Positions 8,851 through 18,005 of a stretch of DNA of 64,000 bases are shown here, piece after piece. The stretch is from Candidatus Micrarchaeota archaeon. GTDB lineage: Archaea > Micrarchaeota > Micrarchaeia > Anstonellales > Bilamarchaeaceae. The stretch is taken from the NCBI GenBank assembly GCA_040753215.1, contig JBFMEZ010000025.1:1-64000 (forward strand), in the 5' to 3' direction. Made by a program: the position numbers and the translations under genes. The notes under the pieces were generated by a model, which searched no databases, had not been told where the DNA came from, and saw only the letters and a program-made list of their open reading frames with translations. The first letter of the stretch is position 1. The number at the start of each line of letters is the position of its first letter.

Positions 8851-9606
8851 ATGATGAAAGTGAAAACCGGCATTTCGGGGCTGGACAGGCTCATGGACGG
8901 GGGGATACCTGAGGAATCAGTTGTGCTTCTCTCGGGATGCACGGGCACGGGGAAGACCATATTCGGGCTGCAGTTCCTTGCGGAAGGGGCAAGGAAATAC
9001 GGGGAGAGGGGATTGTACATAACCTTTGAGGAGAGGGAGGACAAGATAAGGGAGCAGGCGGAGCAGTTCGGATGGGATTTCACGGGGCTGGAAAAGAAGA
9101 GGATGCTGAAGATACTGAACATCTCCAAATTCACCATAGGCGAGATATTCAGGGAACTGAGCAGCGCCATACGCACGTATAAGCCCAGGAGGCTCGTGGT
9201 GGATTCCATCACGAACATGTGCCTCGCCGCGCATGTGAGGACGAAGCTCTTTGACCTGGACAAGGCGGACATAGATGAGATGATTTACGGGGAGGGGAAT
9301 AATGTGGGGACTCCGCTTGACTGGGATGGGATTATAGTGAAGAAGATGATGGTCGACCTTGTGAAAATCCTCCAGAGCCACCGCATAACCGCGCTCCTTA
9401 CTTCGGAAGTTTCAAAGGAAAGCGAATGGTACAGCCGGGACACCATAAGCGAGTTCGCTTGCGACGGCGTGATGCTCCTGAAGGCGGTCTCCATAGGGGA
9501 GGAGACGCAGAGGACGCTGGAGCTTGTGAAGATGAGGAACACGCCCATAAGGGGCGGGATTTACAATTTCGAATTCACGAAGAGCGGGGTAAAAATTAGT
9601 GTATGA
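8851..9606 (+). CDS. KaiC/RAD55-like RecA-superfamily ATPase
   Basis: KTGISGLD, GCTGTGKT, LVVDS, KMRNT. Confidence 0.9.
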   Translation: MMKVKTGISGLDRLMDGGIPEESVVLLSGCTGTGKTIFGLQFLAEGARKYGERGLYITFEEREDKIREQAEQFGWDFTGLEKKRMLKILNISKFTIGEIFRELSSAIRTYKPRRLVVDSITNMCLAAHVRTKLFDLDKADIDEMIYGEGNNVGTPLDWDGIIVKKMMVDLVKILQSHRITALLTSEVSKESEWYSRDTISEFACDGVMLLKAVSIGEETQRTLELVKMRNTPIRGGIYNFEFTKSGVKISV

Positions 9607-10456
9607 GAAGGAGGGCGGCGACCAGGGCCGCCGGTACGATGTCCGCCTCTGCCACAACGCCGCATATGAAACGCAGGTCGGCGTTATTTTTCTGGGATTC
9701 GAGAAGGTAGTAGAGCCCGAAGAGCGACGTGGCTGCGGACATGAATACGAATGCGTAGGGCAGCGCCCCGTAGGCCCAGGAAACCAATGCCAGAATGAAT
9801 GTGCCTGCATTTATCATATTGAGCAGGAGGAGAGCGCTGCCCGCGCCTATTGCAACGGGTATGGTTGGTATCCCCAGCCTCGCATCGCCTTCGACATCCC
9901 GCATGTCGAATACGGCGCTCACTAGGAAGAGGCGTGCGGCTATGAAGACGAACACTATCCATGCGGCGGGAGACAGCGGTGCGCCTGCATATAAAACGGG
10001 GATGAGGGCGAATGCCGCGTACATTACGCCAACGCAGATGTTCTTCCCTACAAAAAGCTCCTTGAGCCTTGTGAAGCCGAGGAAACCGGGCAGGACGGGA
10101 AAGCTGTATAGCATGCTCGCGATGAAATTCGCGGAGAGCAGGAGGAAGGCGGGCAGGCTTGCAGCTGCGAAATATGCGAGCGAGGCGAGCAGGCCGAGGA
10201 GCGAGAAAACGAGGACGAGGCCGCCGTTCCTGACGACAAATTCCGTGCGCTCCGGGTTGTTTATGCGGTCTATGTCCCTGTCCACCGCCCTGTTGAGCGC
10301 GTATATCGCAAGGGATTCGAAGAATACCGCAAAGGCAACCGCCGGCTCAAGCGAAAGGCCGAGCACCGCTGCGGAAATGACCGGTACCGCAACCGCTATC
10401 AGCGAGGCGTAGATGTCAGTTACTACCAGTAGGTGCAGGAATTTGCCAAGGCGCAT
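9596..10456 (-). CDS. UbiA-family prenyltransferase
   Basis: NRAVDRDIDRINNPER and DMRDVEGD Asp-rich motifs; multiple TM segments. Confidence 0.85.
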   Translation of the reverse strand: MRLGKFLHLLVVTDIYASLIAVAVPVISAAVLGLSLEPAVAFAVFFESLAIYALNRAVDRDIDRINNPERTEFVVRNGGLVLVFSLLGLLASLAYFAAASLPAFLLLSANFIASMLYSFPVLPGFLGFTRLKELFVGKNICVGVMYAAFALIPVLYAGAPLSPAAWIVFVFIAARLFLVSAVFDMRDVEGDARLGIPTIPVAIGAGSALLLLNMINAGTFILALVSWAYGALPYAFVFMSAATSLFGLYYLLESQKNNADLRFICGVVAEADIVPAALVAALLLIH

Positions 10457-10460
10457 AGGA

Positions 10461-11564
10461 CTAGCTCCGGAGCATAAGGTCGAGCGAACCGCGCGAAATG
10501 ACCGGCTCGGAGTTTTTCAGCTCCACATCCCTCGGGCCGGCGGAGAGTATTCCGGAAACCATCCCGCGCATCAGCGGGAACGTCGTTTCCCTGTGATATC
10601 TGGTCCACGGATAGCCGAAGCAGACTGCCTTTGAACCATCAAAATGGATGTCGCCCCATCCGAACGGGGGAAGGATGTCCGTGAGGAAATTTTCGGAGCT
10701 GGCCCCGCCTGGAACGCATCTCCTGCAGTGCTTGAACGCGACTTCGAAAAGAAGCCGCTCGCCGCCTTTCAGCTTCTCCAAGACCGTCTCCAAGAAGTAG
10801 ACGGAGCTTGCTTCGTTTAGTACGAGCCTGCTCTTTCCGTACCTGAAAAAGCCGCCTTCGTATGCAATGACCCTGTTCTCCAGGAGGTCCCTGAGCGAAT
10901 TCTTCGCATAATGTGCCCTCTTCGGCTGGTTCATCAGGAAGTATTCGGCTTCTAGCCCCAGGCCGGGGGGAACCTTGACCACGTGCGCGATTCCCTTTTT
11001 GTGGCTCTCCGGCGGCGCGCATAGTATTACGCACTTCTCCCCGCGCTTCTGGCAGGCGAGCTTGACCCCCTCGGTCTGCACGCCCATCATATATTCCCAG
11101 GTCCCGTTGAGCGTGCCGGTGAGGAAATCGCCGAGCCCGCTCTCCTTGCACACAAGCAAATCCTTTGCGGCAAACTCCAGCTCGCTTTTTGCAAGGTCGA
11201 CCCTGTATTCTACTTTTGAGGAGTATTCGGACTCCAGCAGGCGCATTATCGCCTCTATGACCTCAAGCAGCGCCTCATCCGGCATCGAGCCGCGCTTCGG
11301 AAGCGCGGATGTCGCCGCGAACCTGTAGCCCCACATCTTTCCCGCAACATAGACCGCCTTCCTTCCCTCCTTTCCGTATTTCTCTGCGAATGCGGTCTCT
11401 ATGCCGGCCAGCATCGACTCCGGCATCAGCACCTCGCGCAAGTAGCAGTTTTTCTTTTTCGAGCCGAAGCGGTATACGATGTACCCGGGCTTGTCTATTA
11501 TCTCATTATTGGGAAGTATTATGTTCTTCATGAACCAGGACCTTATCCTTTTCTTTTCACCCAT
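10461..11564 (-). CDS. V4R-like ligand-binding domain protein (two-domain)
   Basis: CQKRGEKC and FGWG...GMVSGILS V4R-type patterns. Confidence 0.6.
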   Translation of the reverse strand: MGEKKRIRSWFMKNIILPNNEIIDKPGYIVYRFGSKKKNCYLREVLMPESMLAGIETAFAEKYGKEGRKAVYVAGKMWGYRFAATSALPKRGSMPDEALLEVIEAIMRLLESEYSSKVEYRVDLAKSELEFAAKDLLVCKESGLGDFLTGTLNGTWEYMMGVQTEGVKLACQKRGEKCVILCAPPESHKKGIAHVVKVPPGLGLEAEYFLMNQPKRAHYAKNSLRDLLENRVIAYEGGFFRYGKSRLVLNEASSVYFLETVLEKLKGGERLLFEVAFKHCRRCVPGGASSENFLTDILPPFGWGDIHFDGSKAVCFGYPWTRYHRETTFPLMRGMVSGILSAGPRDVELKNSEPVISRGSLDLMLRS

Positions 11565-11635
11565 AACGCATCAACTTGGGATGGGAGAAACGCGCTCACA
11601 AACCTTATAAATTTTCCCCCCCCCCGAATTGCAGC

Positions 11636-11965
11636 ATGGCGCACCTGACTGGGCTGGAAGGAATTCTGCATCTCACGCTGTTTGCAATAGCAATCGCCAC
11701 GCCGCTGATTTTGTTCTACATAGTTTCAAGGATGAGAAAGCATGTTTTCCGGGACATCATCATGATTTATGCGTTCGCCTTCCTCTTTTCCGCATTCAGG
11801 TGGGCGGGAGGCTCGATGACCGCAATGGGATATGAATTTACAGGCACGCTGCTCTTCCAGTGGGCGTGGTTCCTCACCGGGCTGCTCGCGGCAGTGCTGG
11901 GCATTGCTGCAACCATCAAGATGTACTACTGGCTGAAGGAAAACGCTTTTGAGGCGGTGAAATAG
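11636..11965 (+). CDS. small membrane protein
   Basis: About 3 hydrophobic helices; ATG at 11636. Confidence 0.7.
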   Translation: MAHLTGLEGILHLTLFAIAIATPLILFYIVSRMRKHVFRDIIMIYAFAFLFSAFRWAGGSMTAMGYEFTGTLLFQWAWFLTGLLAAVLGIAATIKMYYWLKENAFEAVK

Positions 11966-12003
11966 CAGGCCAAAAGCACCACGGAACCTGATTTTGCAGA
12001 CGT

Positions 12004-12031
12004 AGCAACTGGAAACCCGAAACTGGGAACG
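12004..12031 (+). repeat. Heptamer array in the tRNA-Val 3' trailer
   Basis: agcaact ggaaacc cgaaact gggaacg. Confidence 0.75.
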
Positions 12032-12043
12032 AAATCAATGATT

Positions 12044-12115
12044 TGGGCCCGAAGGGAATCGAACCCCTGGTCTCTACCATGTCAGGGTAGCGTCTTGCCA
12101 TTCGACTACGGGCCC
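12044..12115 (-). tRNA. tRNA-Val(GAC), no intron
   Basis: GGGCCCG acceptor stem, anticodon loop CTGACAT, GGTTCGATTCC T-arm, discriminator A. Confidence 0.97.
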
Positions 12116-12120
12116 AGAAC

Positions 12121-12148
12121 AATTGCCGGTTTAGAGTTTTCAGTTTCC
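12121..12148 (-). repeat. Heptamer array in the tRNA-Val 5' leader (opposite orientation to the trailer array)
   Basis: Minus strand: ggaaact gaaaact ctaaacc ggcaatt. Confidence 0.7.
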
Positions 12149-12253
12149 GGATAACGTGTTGACAAATAAAGGCGCATAAGTCCTTAAAAAGGATAGCACA
12201 CCCCCGTGCGTGCGTAAGGAGTGCGAGCGAAGAGTTGCGAAGCGAAGTGGAAA

Positions 12254-12326
12254 GGGGGTATGATTACCCTAAAGAGAGGGGGGAACGCCTTCCCCCTTCC
12301 TCTTGGTGCCATTCGACTACGGGCCC
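12254..12326. repeat. ~58-nt hairpin element (copy 1) fused to an exact 20-nt copy of the tRNA-Val 5' end
   Basis: 12254-12311 closely matches 38746-38801; 12307-12326 is identical to 12096-12115. Confidence 0.85.
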
Positions 12327-12390
12327 TCGGCGGGATATGATAGTAATTGCGGAGTAAATGATTATAAAGAATCGTTCTGAAAGGAAGCGC

Positions 12391-13155
12391 ATGAAAAAAT
12401 CATCGCGCGTTCCCGCATCGGCAAGGCGGGCAGAACCGAAACCGGAAACCGGAAGCTGGAAACTGGAAGCCGGCGGCCGCACGCCCACCGGGATATCCGG
12501 GCTGGATGATTTGCTTGAGGGAGGGTTCCCGGAAGGGAGCTTCGTCCTTCTCTCGGGAACGTGCGGCACGGGCAAGTCCATCTTCGGGATGCAGTTCGTT
12601 TGCCGGGGCGCGGAGAGGGGCGAGCCGGGAGTGTTCCTCTCCATGGAGGAGGAGCCGGAGAGGATCATTAAGGACATGTCCGGCTTCGACTGGGATATAA
12701 GGAAGCAGGTGGACGAGGGGCGGCTGGCGATAGCCAAGCCGGAGATTTACGAGAGCGACGCGATAAAGAGGATGATAGTGGATTCCGTGGAAAGGACCGG
12801 CGCGAGGAGGCTGGTGATAGACTCCTTCACGCTGCTCAGCTCCTACCTGGAGAATCCCTTCGACATAAGGAAGATGATTTTCGACATAAGCAGGGAGATA
12901 AAGAAGCTGAACTGCACCACCCTCTCCATCTCGGACATGCCGGAGGGCGGCGCATCCTACTCCATAAACGGGTTCGAGGAGTTCGTCTCCGACGGCGTGG
13001 TCGTGCTGTCCCTTGCGCAGGCGGGCACGACCGGGGCGTACACGCGCGCGCTGCTCGTGAGGAAGATGAGGGCGACGTCGCATTCGCTGAAGATGGTTCC
13101 GTTCAAGATTGAGAGGGAGGGAATAAAGCTCTACCCCGAGGCGGAGCTTTTCTGA
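12391..13155 (+). CDS. KaiC/RAD55-like ATPase with an in-frame heptamer array in its N-terminus (12437-12471)
   Basis: PTGISGLD, GTCGTGKS, LVIDS, RKMRAT. The N-terminal PKPETGSWKLEAG comes from 5 heptamers. Confidence 0.9.
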   Translation: MKKSSRVPASARRAEPKPETGSWKLEAGGRTPTGISGLDDLLEGGFPEGSFVLLSGTCGTGKSIFGMQFVCRGAERGEPGVFLSMEEEPERIIKDMSGFDWDIRKQVDEGRLAIAKPEIYESDAIKRMIVDSVERTGARRLVIDSFTLLSSYLENPFDIRKMIFDISREIKKLNCTTLSISDMPEGGASYSINGFEEFVSDGVVVLSLAQAGTTGAYTRALLVRKMRATSHSLKMVPFKIEREGIKLYPEAELF

Positions 13156-13161
13156 CGGCGG

Positions 13162-13575
13162 TCAGCCGGCCGGCCTTGGCTGTGCGTGCAGCATCCGGAG
13201 AATCTCCTCCCGGGATATCTCCTGCCTGTGCCTCTGCTCCGCCTGGAGCTTCCTGAAAAAGTAGAAATACTCGTAAAGGCTGCCCTCGTCCTCCGCCCAT
13301 ATAACCCTATGGCTGTCCATCACCTCCCATTTGAGATAGAGGGGGAGCTCTTCGAAGCAGTAAACGTCGTAGCCCTTTCCGTATACATCCACATTGTGGT
13401 ATACTCTTTTCATAATGCCCGCGCTTTTCTTCCCTGGAGCGACTATGCAGATGTCTACATCCCTCGCTCCGGCTTCGCCCTTTGCTGCGGAGCCGAAGAG
13501 GAGGACCGCAAGCGCGTCCTTTTTCAGGAATGAGAACTCTTTCCTGAGCGCCCGCATCATTTTTTCCCCAGCCAT
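13162..13575 (-). CDS. minimal nucleotidyltransferase (MNT antitoxin-like)
   Basis: LFGSAAKG...RDVDIC motif; overlaps the HEPN gene. Confidence 0.88.
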   Translation of the reverse strand: MAGEKMMRALRKEFSFLKKDALAVLLFGSAAKGEAGARDVDICIVAPGKKSAGIMKRVYHNVDVYGKGYDVYCFEELPLYLKWEVMDSHRVIWAEDEGSLYEYFYFFRKLQAEQRHRQEISREEILRMLHAQPRPAG

Positions 13576-13970
13576 TCCCCCACCGCCTGCGCGAGCTCTT
13601 CGAAGAACGGCAGCAGCCCGAGCATTGATTCGTATGCCGTGTTCTCATCAAGCCCGTTGTATTCGTGGACGACCCTGTTCCTGAGGCCGTTCGCCTCCTT
13701 GAGCGCCTTCCCCAGCCTTCCGCTTATGACTTTCTTCCCGAGTGCGGAGTCTATGTTTGAGTAGTCGTCCTTCGGGGGCGTGTTCTCATCGCGGAGAACC
13801 ATCGCAAGGATGTCCATCGCCGCCTCGACCATCTCCTGAAAAGCCTTGTAGCAGGCGAGGGCGGTTTTTTCATCCCCGAGGAAGTCGCCCTCCCATTCCT
13901 CTATCTCCGCCTTCCTTTTCCGCAGCAGGTCAAGCTTGTCCTTGTACCTCTTCAGCCTGGCGGCCTCCAT
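13557..13970 (-). CDS. HEPN/DUF86 ribonuclease (HepT-like toxin)
   Basis: GLRNRVVHEY R-x4-H motif. Confidence 0.9.
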   Translation of the reverse strand: MEAARLKRYKDKLDLLRKRKAEIEEWEGDFLGDEKTALACYKAFQEMVEAAMDILAMVLRDENTPPKDDYSNIDSALGKKVISGRLGKALKEANGLRNRVVHEYNGLDENTAYESMLGLLPFFEELAQAVGEWLGKK

Positions 13971-14021
13971 GCAACCATTTCCAGCAGAAACCTATAAAAA
14001 CACGCGCGGAGTGTAAAAGCC

Positions 14022-14594
14022 GTGGACATCGGAAAAGCGTTCGAGGGCCTTCACGAAGGCTTCGTGGTTCTGGTTATGGCGTCTCCCGACGAGTACGGGA
14101 AGGCAATCATTGATATCGTAAAGTATTTCGCGAACAGGAGGGGGCTCCCGCTCATATATGTAACGGCGAACAAGCCGTATGCGGTGCTCAGGAAGGAGCT
14201 GGAGAGGGGCAGCGCAAAGACAGATAAGATGTTCTTCATAGACATGATAACGAAGAAGGCGGCTGGGGCATCCGTGCGCGAGAAGGACTGCCTTTACATA
14301 GCGTCCCCGGACTCGCTGACCGAGCTGACGATTGCGCTGAACAGCGCGGTTGCCGCATTGCCGCAGAAGGGGAAGGTCATATTGCTGGACAGCGTTTCCA
14401 CGCTCCTGATGTACAACAACGCGGGCGCGGTCGGCAAATTCGTGCATTTCTTCACCGCGAAGATGGCGTCGTGGGATGCAGAAGGGGTGCTCGTGAGCCT
14501 GGAAGACGGGACAGATCCGATGCTTGTTTCGCAGCTAAGCCAGTTCTGCAGCAGGACCGTGCACATAAAGGGAGGGAAAGTAAAATGGGTATGA
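14022..14594 (+). CDS. KaiC-like degenerate P-loop protein
   Basis: FIDMIT, SPDSLTEL and LLDSVSTLLMYN; no intact Walker A. Confidence 0.65.
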   Translation: MDIGKAFEGLHEGFVVLVMASPDEYGKAIIDIVKYFANRRGLPLIYVTANKPYAVLRKELERGSAKTDKMFFIDMITKKAAGASVREKDCLYIASPDSLTELTIALNSAVAALPQKGKVILLDSVSTLLMYNNAGAVGKFVHFFTAKMASWDAEGVLVSLEDGTDPMLVSQLSQFCSRTVHIKGGKVKWV

Positions 14595-14596
14595 TT

Positions 14597-14625
14597 ACAA
14601 ACCGAAAACTGGGAACCGGGGAACT
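14597..14625 (+). repeat. Heptamer array between duplicated TGGGTATGAT start regions
   Basis: acaaacc gaaaact gggaacc ggggaact; direct repeat at 14586-14595 and 14632-14641. Confidence 0.75.
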
Positions 14626-14636
14626 GGTGTGTGGGT

Positions 14637-15278
14637 ATGATGTGGATTGATTTGATTTTGGGCGCTGCCACCCTTCTGCTGGGTGCGGCAGGCCTGGTGT
14701 ACGTGTACTACGCCATACAGAGGCTGGAAAAAGGCGAGCTTAAAGGGATGCTGGAATGGGTTTTCTATGCGTATTTCTTCGCTCTCATGCATCTTGCCGT
14801 GCTTCTCTGGAATGACTTTTTCCCGGGGGGCCTGGAACTCCCTGCATACCTATTATTCCTGGCAGCGGTTCTGTGTGCGCTCCAGTCCGGGAGGCTCATA
14901 ATGCGGTTCTCCAGGGCATACGGGTTTGCAGGGGTGGAGCTTGGGAAGGACCCCTGGTATGCGCTTATGGAATCAGTGGTGCGCTCCGTATACGGGCTTG
15001 AAGGCGCTGAAGCAATCGTGCATGCGAATTCCGTGAAGGGGCTGAAGGTTGATGAGGAGATGAGGGTTGTTGAAATCAGAGGGAACAGGAAGAAGGCGCT
15101 GGAGGAGCTTGTGAAGAAGTACGAGGAAGTATACGGGAAGGCTGCCCTCAACATGATGAGAAAGGGAGCGGAGGCGGTTCTGCGGGAAAATGAGTGGCTT
15201 AGGGCGGATGTGGCGGGCATTTTTGGGGCGGGCGCTGGACGGGAGGAAAAGTTCTCCAAAGCTTTTGAGGTGGGATGA
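14637..15278 (+). CDS. membrane protein with soluble C-terminal domain
   Basis: 3 N-terminal TM segments followed by a charged helical domain. Confidence 0.75.
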   Translation: MMWIDLILGAATLLLGAAGLVYVYYAIQRLEKGELKGMLEWVFYAYFFALMHLAVLLWNDFFPGGLELPAYLLFLAAVLCALQSGRLIMRFSRAYGFAGVELGKDPWYALMESVVRSVYGLEGAEAIVHANSVKGLKVDEEMRVVEIRGNRKKALEELVKKYEEVYGKAALNMMRKGAEAVLRENEWLRADVAGIFGAGAGREEKFSKAFEVG

Positions 15279-15590
15279 ATGTTTGAACTTCTGGGTTACG
15301 CCCTTCAGCTGGCCGGGGTTTTCCTTGCGTTCCTTGCGGCAGGGCTGGCGTTTATAATAGCGGACATGACAAAGGGCGGCGCAACGGCGCGCTCCACGAG
15401 GATGATTGCCTTCGGGCTTATGGTGCTTGCGCTGGGAATTTTCCTTACATATGCAGGGACCCTCACCGGAGCAATAGACCCGCTCAGCCCGACGCCCTGG
15501 TGGCCCCTCCTTGGGGCGGTTACTGCGCTGGGCTTCGCGCTTCTTCTCTCGGGCCTGTGGACCATGCTGAAGGCGCTGAGGGGTGCCTGA
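15279..15590 (+). CDS. small membrane protein
   Basis: 3 TM segments; abuts its neighbours (TGAATG, TGATG). Confidence 0.75.
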   Translation: MFELLGYALQLAGVFLAFLAAGLAFIIADMTKGGATARSTRMIAFGLMVLALGIFLTYAGTLTGAIDPLSPTPWWPLLGAVTALGFALLLSGLWTMLKALRGA

Positions 15591-16417
15591 TGAACGAAAT
15601 GCAGAAGAAGTTCCTTGCCGCCGGTGCGGCGCTTGTGGTGCTTTTTCTGCTCTGGGAGCTGTGGGCGGCGCCATTCCTGCTTATGAATATGGACCTGAGG
15701 GACCAGCAGGTATCTGGCGGGGTGCAGGAGCTCTGGGTTTTCCCGGAAGGGGAGGAAGGGCCGTACTTTGTGGATGTGAGGCAGGTGGAGACGATAGTGG
15801 AGGAGGCCCCGGAGAAGGTTGTGATAAATTCCACGTATATTGAGATAGACCCGCTTACCGGCGAGCTCTCCTGGGGGCACGAAGAAATAGTGGCGATAGG
15901 CAAGGCAACAAGGATGCATACATCGGGAGGGGATGTGGAGAGGAGCGGATATGCGGCCTTCCCCCTGCATGTGGGAAAGAGGGATTATGAGATATGGTAC
16001 AGGCACCTTCTCGGGAAGGGCGTCTGGCATTTTGAACGGGAGAGTGTGCGGGAAGGCCTTCCGGTTTATGTGTTCAGCTACAAAGTGGTTTCCAATGCGA
16101 CAAAGGAATACCCCGAGTGGGCGCCCCATGAAGTGGTAGTCGAGGATACGGGCGAGATGGAGGTGGAGCCGGCCTCTGGAATGGTTGTTAATTGGGTAGA
16201 AAGGTGGGAGGGGTACGTGATAAAGGATGGGGGGAGGGAACTCATAGATGTATGGACCGGGGCGTTCTACAGGAGCACCATCATGGCGCGGGCCGGGGAG
16301 GCGGCGGAGCGGAAAAGCTTCATATTTATTGTTGAATGGATAGTTCCAGCGATGCTGGCCGGGCTCGCGCTCCTGATGGGCCTGCTCTCCCGCATCGCAA
16401 AGGAGGAGGCGGTGTGA
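15590..16417 (+). CDS. DUF3068/PorA-like membrane-anchored protein
   Basis: FPLHVGKRDY, GLPVYVF, VEPASG; TM segments at both ends; paralog of the next gene. Confidence 0.65.
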   Translation: MNEMQKKFLAAGAALVVLFLLWELWAAPFLLMNMDLRDQQVSGGVQELWVFPEGEEGPYFVDVRQVETIVEEAPEKVVINSTYIEIDPLTGELSWGHEEIVAIGKATRMHTSGGDVERSGYAAFPLHVGKRDYEIWYRHLLGKGVWHFERESVREGLPVYVFSYKVVSNATKEYPEWAPHEVVVEDTGEMEVEPASGMVVNWVERWEGYVIKDGGRELIDVWTGAFYRSTIMARAGEAAERKSFIFIVEWIVPAMLAGLALLMGLLSRIAKEEAV

Positions 16418-17251
16418 ATGGAAGCGCACAAGGCTCTCGCGAAAGCCGGGATTGCCGTCCTTCTGCTCATCCCTCTCTGGCATATGCTTGTGGCTGAGGA
16501 ATTGTACAAAACCGGGGAGGATTTCTATTTCTATGCGGAGGGGTTCGGGGAAAGGGAATACCTCGCGCCCGGGGCGAATGAAACCAGGGAGATGCAGGTT
16601 ATAACCATCATCACCAAGAGGATTGTGGAGAGCCGCGGGGACGAAGCCAGAATGGCTTTTGAAGTGGAAAGCAGGGAGCTGGCAACCGGGGCCCCCATAT
16701 TTCACGCAAGCGAGGTGCTGGATTACAACAGGCGCACATTTTCATTCACAAAGGACGGGAGCGCTTACAACTGGTTCCCGAGAAACGTGGAGAAGAGGGC
16801 GTATGAGGACGTCTACTACTCCTCCGCCCTGCCTGTGGCGGACTACGAATTCGAAGGGGTGGAAGAAGTGGAGGGGCTGGAGGCGTATGTGTTCGGGTTT
16901 GAGGGGAGGATGGATGCCTCGGGGAAATACCCGGACTATCCCGATGCGCGCATAACCAGGGATATGGAGGGCAGGATATGGGTGGAGCCCAGAACGGGCA
17001 GTGTGGTGGACGTGGAAGTGGAATGGGTTGCGTATATGGATGCTGAAGGCGGCCCCGTGGTGATAGACAGGGGAGGCACAGGGTACTCGGATGACACGGC
17101 TGCCATGCTCGCGGAGGAGGCTTCGGGCAGGAAAAACCACATGCGGTTTGCGCTCATATGGATGCCGCTGCTTTTCGTGTTTGCCGCAATAGCGGCGTTT
17201 GCAGCATCCTGGCTTGCTAAACCAGGGAGGGAAGGATATGGAAGCAGGTAA
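16418..17251 (+). CDS. DUF3068/PorA-like membrane-anchored protein
   Basis: FPRNVEKRAY, EEVEGLEAYVF, WVEPRTG. Confidence 0.65.
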   Translation: MEAHKALAKAGIAVLLLIPLWHMLVAEELYKTGEDFYFYAEGFGEREYLAPGANETREMQVITIITKRIVESRGDEARMAFEVESRELATGAPIFHASEVLDYNRRTFSFTKDGSAYNWFPRNVEKRAYEDVYYSSALPVADYEFEGVEEVEGLEAYVFGFEGRMDASGKYPDYPDARITRDMEGRIWVEPRTGSVVDVEVEWVAYMDAEGGPVVIDRGGTGYSDDTAAMLAEEASGRKNHMRFALIWMPLLFVFAAIAAFAASWLAKPGREGYGSR

Positions 17252-18005
17252 GGCCGCCCTTGGGGCAGCGCTGGTGCTTTCGGCAATCCTGCTGGCAGCC
17301 GGATTTGTATGGTATTCTGAGCTGGGGGCAGATGAATTCAGGGAATTCCATGTTGCAGTGGAGATGCTCACAGTGCTCGCGGGGCTGGCAGTTTTCTATT
17401 TCGCCTACACAAGCTACGCGGCGGAGAAGAATGTGCGCGTGCTTCTGATAGCGCTCGCCTTCCTGGCGATGGCTGTTTTTGATATTTTCCATACATATGC
17501 CTTTACTGAGATAGACCGCCCGCACACCATAACGGCCATCAATACCTCAATATACTTCTGGCTGGCGGCGAGGGTGGGCGGGGCAATCCTGCTGGGGATG
17601 GCGTTCCTGCTGCCTGGCAGAACACTGGGCGAAAGGTTCGGGAAGGCGGTGTTTGCCGCAACCCTCGTGCTAATTCCGCTTGCGGCATTCGCAATCCTTG
17701 AGAACGCAACAGAGCCTTTCCTGCCGCAGATGTTTGTTTACGGGCAGGGGCTTACGCAGCTCAAGGTTGCGCTGGAGGCCTTTGCCGCCGCTCTCTATGC
17801 GCTGTGCGCCTTTGCGGCATTCAGGATTTGGCAGAAGAACGGGGAAGAGATTGCAATCATGTTTGCAGCTGGGCTCGTGTTCATGGCTTACAGCGGGCTC
17901 GCCCTTATGCTTTACTCAAGCCCCTACGATTCCTTCATGGTAATCGGGCATGTGTTCAAGCTTCTTGCGTTTGGCGCATTCCTCTACGCGGCTCTGGAGC
18001 ACTGA
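17238..18005 (+). CDS. stand-alone MASE3-like membrane sensor domain protein
   Basis: FHVAVE, DIFHTYAF, FWLAAR, GLTQLK, GHVFKL pattern. Confidence 0.75.
   Translation: MEAGKAALGAALVLSAILLAAGFVWYSELGADEFREFHVAVEMLTVLAGLAVFYFAYTSYAAEKNVRVLLIALAFLAMAVFDIFHTYAFTEIDRPHTITAINTSIYFWLAARVGGAILLGMAFLLPGRTLGERFGKAVFAATLVLIPLAAFAILENATEPFLPQMFVYGQGLTQLKVALEAFAAALYALCAFAAFRIWQKNGEEIAIMFAAGLVFMAYSGLALMLYSSPYDSFMVIGHVFKLLAFGAFLYAALEH

Noticed and set aside
12096..12326. attL/attR of an integrated element
   Set aside because: The duplicated part is the tRNA 5' end, only 211 bp apart, and there is no integrase.
14586..14641. Rule that all insertions are multiples of 7 nt
   Set aside because: It holds for 70, 84 and 140, but this duplication offset is 46.
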